A DNA stretch of 13,649 bases from Candidatus Bathyarchaeum sp. GTDB taxonomy: Archaea; Thermoproteota; Bathyarchaeia; Bathyarchaeales; Bathyarchaeaceae. Positions within the stretch are counted from its first letter, which is position 1. The number at the start of each line of letters is the position of its first letter. The position numbers were made by a program, and so were the translations under genes. Positions 1-6,325 of the stretch are shown piece after piece. Location of the stretch: NCBI GenBank assembly GCA_026014495.1, contig JAOZIF010000024.1, positions 1 through 13,649 on the forward strand. Reading direction: 5' to 3'. The notes beneath the pieces were generated by a model, which was not told the DNA's origin, searched no databases, and saw only the letters and a program-made list of their open reading frames with translations.

Positions 1-15
1 CATCAAAAAAATGGG

Positions 16-122
16 GCTGAAAAGGCTCCCTGCACAAAAATGAAAATAACTAGAGCGACAGCAGCTGTTTGTTGGTTTTCATTTTTTTCTCCTCTTTGCG
101 TGCGCGGGGAGCCTCAGCAAAC
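16..122. repeat. Copy 1 of a duplicated ~105-nt imperfect palindromic element (candidate structured RNA or miniature repeat element)
   Basis: 33-122 aligns by hand with 1190-1280 at about 80 of ~93 columns. Self-complementary arms: GCTGA 16-20 / TCAGC 114-118; GGCTCCC 24-30 / GGGAGCC 107-113; AAAAATGAAAA 36-46 / TTTTCATTTTT 76-86; GACAG 57-61 / CTGTT 65-69. Confidence 0.85.
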
Positions 123-199
123 TACAGAAATAAATGGTTACTTGGCTTAGATTTACGAGTTAACTAGTAGCTATTCTGTTACTCTTACAAATATGGCGG

Positions 200-964
200 T
201 TACGTGCTTATTTGGTCTATGCTCATTGAATTCGCCCACATTGTTTCAAAGTAATCTTGAAGTATTGTTACAAGATGGGGATTGGTGACCCACAGGTCTG
301 GGGTTTCTGCAGGAGTGGAAACGGAGTTACTTATGACTGCCTTTTCTTTGTCATAGAGCACCATTATCGCTGGAATAGGCGGATGAATGTATCTGATTTT
401 GAAGGAAGAATATTTTACTAACGAGTTTAGCATTTTGTGAAACTGATTTTTTTCTGGTGGCACATCTACTATGTGTCGAAGTTGTACACCGTTATCTAAG
501 CAGTTCTTGAAACGCTTAGAAACATAATAAACTGCTGATTGGAATCCCTGCCAGGTTAGAACGCCGTCCATTGTCTTTTGGGTGTTTTCCATTGCGTCTA
601 TTAAATTGTACAGGACTGCTTTTTTTCCAGAAACCAAAACGAATTGGGGTTCTTCTTGAGTCACAGTTTTTATCTTGTATGTTCTGAAGTTGTTGAGCAG
701 GATTGCTGCTTGTTTTTGTAATCTGTTGTATTCTTCGTTCTTTTGTTCCATCAAAATGGAAAGCCCGACATGTATGGGAGTGGCTTTGAATTTAGCTGGC
801 GAAGTTAGGGCTTTTTCCACTAAACCTAGTTCATTGAGCGATACTACTATTTCGTAAATGTGCTGTCGAGCTATGTTTGCGCCCTTTGAAATTGTTTTTA
901 TTGTCGATGTTCCTGATGTAACAAGACAAAGGTAAACCATAGCTTGCCTTTGCGTTAACCCCAA
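200..964 (-). CDS. TrmB-family transcriptional regulator (N-terminal wHTH, C-terminal PLD-like effector domain); true start probably near 997
   Basis: The N-terminus GLTQRQAMVYLCL...TIKTISKGANIARQHIYEIVVSLNELGLVE is a TrmB-type HTH. The C-terminal IRYI...AIMVLYDKEKAVI...NPHLVTILQDYFETMW pattern is typical of TrmB-like effector domains. The frame stays open upstream to a TGA at 1021-1019. Confidence 0.88.
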   Translation of the reverse strand: MGLTQRQAMVYLCLVTSGTSTIKTISKGANIARQHIYEIVVSLNELGLVEKALTSPAKFKATPIHVGLSILMEQKNEEYNRLQKQAAILLNNFRTYKIKTVTQEEPQFVLVSGKKAVLYNLIDAMENTQKTMDGVLTWQGFQSAVYYVSKRFKNCLDNGVQLRHIVDVPPEKNQFHKMLNSLVKYSSFKIRYIHPPIPAIMVLYDKEKAVISNSVSTPAETPDLWVTNPHLVTILQDYFETMWANSMSIDQIST

Positions 965-1003
965 ATCAATTAAGGTTTGAACGTCATCATCTCGTAAATA
1001 TTT

Positions 1004-1010
1004 CTCCTCC
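1004..1010 (-). promoter_or_regulatory. Shine-Dalgarno-like site (GGAGGAG) upstream of the TrmB gene
   Basis: Plus-strand CTCCTCC at 1004-1010 reads GGAGGAG on the minus strand. Confidence 0.65.
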
Positions 1011-1048
1011 TTTAGGTCTCAAAGTTAAACTATTGGTTAGTTTTATGG

Positions 1049-1060
1049 TTTAAATTTTAC
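1049..1060 (-). promoter_or_regulatory. Putative BRE/TATA promoter of the TrmB gene
   Basis: The minus strand reads GTAAAA-TTTAAA, about 40 nt upstream of the SD, which fits a short leader. Confidence 0.5.
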
Positions 1061-1175
1061 CTAATAACGGTAAATTCAAAGCATCAAAGGTTTATCTGCA
1101 GTACATACAGTCTAATAGAAACAATGCTGTTCAGTATCCACACCATCTTCAAAAAAATAAACCCAACACGAAACA

Positions 1176-1280
1176 GTTGGCTGAAGCTTCACAAAAATGA
1201 AAATAACTAAAGCGAAAGTGGCTGTTTTGGTTTTTCATTTTTTTCTCCTCTTAATGAGCACACGGGGAGCCTCAGCAAAC
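1176..1280. repeat. Copy 2 of the duplicated imperfect palindromic element
   Basis: Direct repeat of 33-122, offset 1157 bp. Arms: GTTGGCTGA 1176-1184 / TCAGCAAAC 1272-1280; GCTTC 1186-1190 / GGAGC 1266-1270; AAAAATGAAA 1193-1202 / TTTCATTTTT 1233-1242. An alternative outer stem is GAAACAG 1170-1176 / CTGTTTC 1282-1288. Confidence 0.85.
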
Positions 1281-1385
1281 CCTGTTTCTGGCGTAGTTTG
1301 TTTTTGGTTCTTACTCAAAAGAATTAAATGAGCGCTGACCTAATATGCAATGAAATCAACTGTAACATGAAGGATTGTGATTTGC

Positions 1386-1592
1386 TTGGGTCGGGTAGCT
1401 AAGGGCGTGAAATGCAGCGTATCAGGCTGTGATAAAGATGCAGTTCGTTCTCTTCCTCGCGATAAAGTGAGCGGAGCAGGCTTGAAGGTTGATGGAAGTA
1501 GACGCTCTTATCTGTGTAGAGACCACTACAAAGAATACAAGAAGGGTAGCAAAAAAGACAAGCTGCTTGAACAATGGAGGCATAAAGGCTAA
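1386..1592 (+). CDS. Small basic Zn-finger-like protein (CxxxxC...CxxH), conserved hypothetical
   Basis: The ORF track starts at GTG 1377; the in-frame TTG at 1386 gives MGRVAKGVKCSVSGC...YLCRDHYKEYKK. It has four plausible Zn ligands, is Lys/Arg-rich and is co-oriented with thrS. From memory it resembles a small conserved TACK protein (not verified). Confidence 0.75.
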   Translation: MGRVAKGVKCSVSGCDKDAVRSLPRDKVSGAGLKVDGSRRSYLCRDHYKEYKKGSKKDKLLEQWRHKG

Positions 1593-1654
1593 ATGCCTAA
1601 ACTTGACCTCGATTCATGTTATTTGATAATATACTCTAAAGCTGGCTGACCAGA

Positions 1655-3523
1655 TTGAGAATTTTGCAGTTACACTCGAACTTTATAGAATACGAGGCTG
1701 TTGAAAAAGAAATAGAGTTAGCCGAGGAGCCTGAAAAAAAACAGGACCGCCTCGAAGAAATTGTTGTATTATTCACAGCTGTTGAAGAAGGAGACGACGC
1801 AAACGTTGCAAGAAAAGCAATGGAAAACACCAAAGAGTCCTTGTGTGCACTCAAAGTTAACAAGATTCTAATTTACCCATACGCACACCTCAGCAGCAAG
1901 TTGGCAAAACCAGCTCAAGCTCTTAATATTCTAAACGAAATGAAAAAGCTCGCCAAGGAAATGGGATTAGAAACCTATTCTACACCGTTTGGTTGGTGCA
2001 AAAAATTCTCCATATCCATTAAGGGGCATCCCCTAGCTGAGCACCTTAGAATAGTTACCTCTGACTCTGTTGAGGAAGAGCCAGTCTGCGAAGCGCTAAA
2101 GGCAGAGGAGAAACTCAAATCCTTGTGGTACATACTGCAGCCTGACGGAGAACTGATTCCAGCAAAGGATTATCGGTTTAAAGGCTGCAAAAACTTGGAA
2201 AAGCTATGCAAATATGAAATCAAAAAGGTTAGAGCTGTTCAGCAAGTTCCGCCTCATGTTACATTGATGAAACGGCTGGAAATTGCTGACTATGAGCCTG
2301 GAAGCGACCCCGGTAATCTACGGTGGTATCCTAAGGGCCGTTTGATTAAGTCATTATTTGAACAGTATGTAACGGATAAGGTGATAGATTATGGTGGAAT
2401 GGAAGTTGAAACTCCAGTCATGTACGATATTGAGCACCCAGCTATTGCTCATTATCTTCAACGTTTTCCTGCTCGCCAGTATTTGTTGTGTTCAGATAAG
2501 CGGGATTTCTTTTTGAGGTTTAGTGCCTGTTTTGGTCAGTTTTTGATGGTTCATGATGCTCAGTTTAGTTATCGTCAGCTTCCGTTGCGAATCTACGAGT
2601 TGACCCGTTATGCTTTCAGACGAGAGAAGAGCGGCGAATTAACTGGCTTACGCAGACTCAGATGCTTTACTATGCCTGACTGTCATGCTTTGGTTGCTGA
2701 TTTAGATCAGGCAAAAGAGGAGTTTTTGGTTCGCTTCAAGTTGTCTATGGGAATTTTAGAGAATGGCTTAGAGTTAAGCAAGGACTCCGATTTTGAGTTG
2801 GCTATTCGTGTAACCAAGGACTTTTATGCGGAGAACAAAGATTTTGTTCTTTCCATGGTTAAGCTGTTTGGTAAGCCTGTTTTGGTAGAAATGTGGGAAG
2901 AGCGTTTCTTCTATTTTGTCTTAAAGTGGGAATTCAATTTTGTTGATAACCTAAACAAGGCATCTGCACTCTCGACTGACCAAATTGACATCGAGAATGC
3001 CAAACACTACGACATGACCTATGTTGACGAGAATGGTGAGAAGCAGTACCCGATGGTTCTTCATTGCAGTCCAAGCGGCGGCATAGAACGCGGAGTATAT
3101 GCTTTGCTTGAGAAGGCTCACAGAGACGCGCTTAAAGGTAAATCTCCGATACTGCCTTTGTGGTTGGCTCCTACTCAGGTTCGAATCGTTCCTGTGTCGG
3201 AAAAGTTCTTGGATTCCGCCGAAAAAATGATGAAAAAAATTGAGTCAAACAACATACGTGTTGACGTAGACGATCGCCCCTTAAGCCTAGGCAAAAAGGT
3301 CAGGGCTGCCGAAAAAGAGTGGGTAAACTACGTTTTAGTGTTTGGCGAAAAAGAAGAAAATTCTGACATTTTGCCAGTTAGAGACAGAAACGCTGGAAAA
3401 CAGATTAGAAACCTGAAACTCCAAGAACTAATAGATGAAATCTGCGAAAAAACAGCAGATAAACCCTTCAAGCCACTAGCCTTGCCAAAGATGCTTTCAA
3501 AACGACCACAATTTGCATTCTAA
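1655..3523 (+). CDS. thrS: Threonyl-tRNA synthetase, archaeal type with N-terminal DTD-like editing domain
   Basis: The MRILQLHSNFIEY...ILIYPYAHLSS editing domain is present. Class II core with Zn ligands in ACFGQF, MPDCH and LHCSPSGGIER, motif 2 FRREKSGEL, and C-terminal anticodon-binding domain LAPTQVRIVPV. TTG start. Confidence 0.97.
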   Translation: MRILQLHSNFIEYEAVEKEIELAEEPEKKQDRLEEIVVLFTAVEEGDDANVARKAMENTKESLCALKVNKILIYPYAHLSSKLAKPAQALNILNEMKKLAKEMGLETYSTPFGWCKKFSISIKGHPLAEHLRIVTSDSVEEEPVCEALKAEEKLKSLWYILQPDGELIPAKDYRFKGCKNLEKLCKYEIKKVRAVQQVPPHVTLMKRLEIADYEPGSDPGNLRWYPKGRLIKSLFEQYVTDKVIDYGGMEVETPVMYDIEHPAIAHYLQRFPARQYLLCSDKRDFFLRFSACFGQFLMVHDAQFSYRQLPLRIYELTRYAFRREKSGELTGLRRLRCFTMPDCHALVADLDQAKEEFLVRFKLSMGILENGLELSKDSDFELAIRVTKDFYAENKDFVLSMVKLFGKPVLVEMWEERFFYFVLKWEFNFVDNLNKASALSTDQIDIENAKHYDMTYVDENGEKQYPMVLHCSPSGGIERGVYALLEKAHRDALKGKSPILPLWLAPTQVRIVPVSEKFLDSAEKMMKKIESNNIRVDVDDRPLSLGKKVRAAEKEWVNYVLVFGEKEENSDILPVRDRNAGKQIRNLKLQELIDEICEKTADKPFKPLALPKMLSKRPQFAF

Positions 3524-3556
3524 AACGCGGCGTCAAACAAAGGCAACTGCCCAAAG

Positions 3557-5107
3557 TTAGTCTTTGTTGTCTTCTTTGTCTAAGTCAAGGGCAAGTGACC
3601 CTTTTAGCCCAAGTTTCACTTCTTTTGAAGCCTCTTCTTTGCACGCCTCAGGTAGAGGGAGCAAATCTTCAACAGATATTTTTAGTTGGACATACTTTTC
3701 TTGGAACTCATCCTCTACTTCCCGATAGAATTTTGGTTGGCTATCCTTATGATAGATTTTTTTGCTAATTTTGTTCAAATCGTGAGCACTCATTTCCCAT
3801 TTTTCGATTTTTTCCTCCAAATCTTCCGTACTAAGACCATAATCCTTTGCGATTAACACTTTGTATTTGATTAGTCTCTTTAACAGAGTTCTTGTAACTC
3901 TGGGGTAATCAGCCTTTAATGGCGACAGGCACGTGCTTGAAAATAGCCCAAGATAGTAGGTTAAATGTATGAAAAGTACGGTTTCCAATTCAGCGTACTT
4001 CGCTCTAAAGTCTTCAAATAACCTCAAATAACATGCTTTGGGTTCGCACAACGCCTTTTTCTCTTTATTTTCGTTTGCTGTTATTTTCATGGCGCATGTG
4101 TAATATTTGTTGTAAATGTCAATAAAGTCGTAATACTTCTCCAGTTCTAACATAGGGAGGTCTGATACCATGCCTTGTCTACGGGAGTCCTCCCAAACCT
4201 TTTTTGATAATAATCCGCTCTTGTTATACAGAACTCTATAAGACGTTTCAAGTCTTGACGCGTTTAGGCAATTTTTTTCCTCGTAAAGATTAGGTCTAAA
4301 GCTGGCAAAATGGGAAGCTAGTTCTCCAATCAGGTCCCTGAGTAACTCAATATCCTTATTGATTCCCTCGACATGGGTTTTGCGAGAAGCTTTCTCTTTT
4401 TCCACCTTTTCAGTTCTCTTATCTTTAGCATATGTTATCACATAGGCGGCGAAAGGTCCAATCAAAATTGTTGAAACGATGCTTCTGAGGTCGCCCAAAG
4501 ATGAGATAAGAATCATTGTGTATACCCAGACGCCAACAGTGCTGATTCCAAGAATAATCACTACCCATTCTTTGTCTAAGGTGAGCCTCACCAACAAAGT
4601 AATAATGATTAAAGCAATTACAAGGATAACCCAGTAAGTTCCAGAAAACAGTAATGCACCCTGTTCAATTTGAGCTTCAACTTCAATTGTTGTAACCGTG
4701 ATATTTGCAGGGGTTGTCGCGGTAACAATAATTGAACCATAGTAAGTTCCTGCACTTGCTTGTGAAGTGTCAAGAACGATGGTTAGTGACTTCTCTTCGT
4801 TTCGTGCAAGGTTAAAAGGCTGTAAATTTAGGGTTGCTTCGTCAAATACTATGAAGTTTCCTGAACTGTTGTCGTAAAGGTAAACAAAAAATAGTTCTAC
4901 AGTGACTTCTGTGTCTGAGATTCCTACAATCTTAATAACTCTGTTTATGTCTGTTACGCCTTCATTTCCATAGAATGTGAGTTCGTTGTCAGATATTGCA
5001 ATCAACTGAGAACCGGAAGCTTGGACGGTTGCTATAAATACAGAGTGGATTACCGAAATTATGAGCAGCGTAACGAAAAGGGTTGCTTTTTTTGACAAAT
5101 TAACCAA
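3557..5107 (-). CDS. Hypothetical membrane protein: signal peptide, beta-rich Ig-like ectodomain, about 3 TM helices, large helical cytoplasmic domain
   Basis: 516-aa ORF with a TTG start. Hydrophobic leader ending ...VQA, alternating beta-strand patterns at aa ~35-147 (GTYYGSIIVTA), hydrophobic segments at about aa 157-225, then a charged helical tail. Confidence 0.8.
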   Translation of the reverse strand: MVNLSKKATLFVTLLIISVIHSVFIATVQASGSQLIAISDNELTFYGNEGVTDINRVIKIVGISDTEVTVELFFVYLYDNSSGNFIVFDEATLNLQPFNLARNEEKSLTIVLDTSQASAGTYYGSIIVTATTPANITVTTIEVEAQIEQGALLFSGTYWVILVIALIIITLLVRLTLDKEWVVIILGISTVGVWVYTMILISSLGDLRSIVSTILIGPFAAYVITYAKDKRTEKVEKEKASRKTHVEGINKDIELLRDLIGELASHFASFRPNLYEEKNCLNASRLETSYRVLYNKSGLLSKKVWEDSRRQGMVSDLPMLELEKYYDFIDIYNKYYTCAMKITANENKEKKALCEPKACYLRLFEDFRAKYAELETVLFIHLTYYLGLFSSTCLSPLKADYPRVTRTLLKRLIKYKVLIAKDYGLSTEDLEEKIEKWEMSAHDLNKISKKIYHKDSQPKFYREVEDEFQEKYVQLKISVEDLLPLPEACKEEASKEVKLGLKGSLALDLDKEDNKD

Positions 5108-5290
5108 CTGTGAACGGCATTTATTTTTTGCTTATGTTATATTTATTAGTTGTCCCATAAGTTATATTAAAAATAAGTTCTAAAATTAAATTTAAAATTT
5201 ACTTTCAACAGAGCAATAAAACACCCAACTCAAAGCCAACTCTAAAAAGGCAGACAAACCGTAAAAATGATTAAAACACTGTGAACGTTA

Positions 5291-5342
5291 AAATTTAAAT
5301 ACATAGCAGATAGTTTATGGTTGAAGTTTTGCTTTCGGAGGA
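5291..5342 (+). promoter_or_regulatory. BRE/TATA promoter and SD for ilvE
   Basis: AAA-TTTAAATA at 5291-5301; GGAGGA at 5337-5342. Confidence 0.55.
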
Positions 5343-5351
5343 ATGGTTGGA

Positions 5352-6242
5352 TTGACAAAAGAGCTACTGGTCTACATCGACGGCAAGTTTTACCCCAAAT
5401 CTGAGGCTAAAATCTCTGTGTACGACCACGGACTCCTATACGGAGACGGAGTGTTTGAAGGAATACGAGCCTACAACGGCGTAGTCTTCAAACTAAAAGA
5501 GCACATAGACAGACTCTACAAGTCCGCACACCCAATCTTCTTGAAAATACCCCTAACCAAAGCAGAACTCAGTAAAGCCGTCATTGAAACACTAAAAAAG
5601 AACAACCTCAAAGACGCATACATCCGCCTAGTAGTCACAAGAGGCGTCGGAGACTTAGGGCTCGACCCCAGAAAATGCCCCAAAGCCACAATAATAATAA
5701 TCACCGAACCACTGCTTCAGTTACATTCCACTGAAAAAGTTGAAAATGGAATAAACACAGTCATAACATGGGTAAGACGCAACCCAGTGGACAGCGCCAC
5801 TCATGAAATGAAATCCCTAAACTATCTAAACAGCATATTAGGCAAAATCGAAGCAAACAACATCGGAGCAGACGAAGCCATATGCCTAGACAAAAAAGGC
5901 TACGTTTGTGAAGGTGTTGGCGAAAACCTGTTCATAGTACGTGACGGAAAACTTTTGACGCCTCCGCTTTCTTCCGGCGCACTGGACGGAATAACAAGAA
6001 CGCTGATCTTACGGTTAGCAAAAAAGCTTGGCATCGAAGTTACAGAACGAGACATCACGCCCAACGAATTGTTTACTGCTGACGAGGCGTTTTTCACTGG
6101 AACCGCCGCAGAAGTTGCGCCAATCCGTGAAGTGAACGGACGATTGATAGGAACGGGCAAACCGGGTTCAGTAACAAAACGTATACTTGCGGAGTTTGAG
6201 AAGGCAGCCAAAGACCCTGCTGAGGGCTCGGCTATCAAGTAG
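5352..6242 (+). CDS. ilvE: Branched-chain amino acid aminotransferase (PLP fold type IV)
   Basis: YGDGVFEGIRAY, YIRLVVTRG, catalytic Lys in MKSLNYLNS, EGVGENLF, LDGITR and FFTGTAAEVAPI are all present. The ATG at 5343 directly abuts the SD, so the TTG at 5352 (9 nt spacing) is the likelier start. Confidence 0.95.
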   Translation: MTKELLVYIDGKFYPKSEAKISVYDHGLLYGDGVFEGIRAYNGVVFKLKEHIDRLYKSAHPIFLKIPLTKAELSKAVIETLKKNNLKDAYIRLVVTRGVGDLGLDPRKCPKATIIIITEPLLQLHSTEKVENGINTVITWVRRNPVDSATHEMKSLNYLNSILGKIEANNIGADEAICLDKKGYVCEGVGENLFIVRDGKLLTPPLSSGALDGITRTLILRLAKKLGIEVTERDITPNELFTADEAFFTGTAAEVAPIREVNGRLIGTGKPGSVTKRILAEFEKAAKDPAEGSAIK

Positions 6243-6262
6243 AGTTTAAGAAAAAGTTGCTT

Positions 6263-6291
6263 TCAGGGGCTATATCCCTGAGCCTTTTTTT
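6263..6291 (+). terminator. Hairpin + oligo-T terminator after ilvE, probably bidirectional
   Basis: TCAGGG 6263-6268 / CCCTGA 6276-6281 followed by T7 at 6285-6291. An A-rich tract at 6248-6255 gives a T-rich run on the minus strand. It lies between convergent genes. Confidence 0.7.
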
Positions 6292-6325
6292 GTTCACTGG
6301 TGTATTCGAGTTGTTAGGTTGCGGT

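Noticed and set aside
16-122. Element as a c-di-AMP (ydaO) or TPP riboswitch, hammerhead ribozyme, or C/D or H/ACA guide RNA
   Set aside because: GCUGA and UCAGC-AAAC are only superficial matches. There is no CUGAUGA/GAAA core, no RUGAUGA box and no TPP CUGAGA, and the ACA after copy 1 is absent after copy 2.
16-1280. Repeats as integron attC sites flanking a TrmB cassette
   Set aside because: attC sites begin RYYYAAC and end GTTRRRY. Copy 2 begins GTT and both copies end AAC, the gene has its own ~170-bp promoter region, and no integrase is in view.
16-1280. CRISPR array or IS element
   Set aside because: Only two copies, about 105 nt long and 1.16 kb apart. No cas or transposase gene and no target-site duplication were seen.
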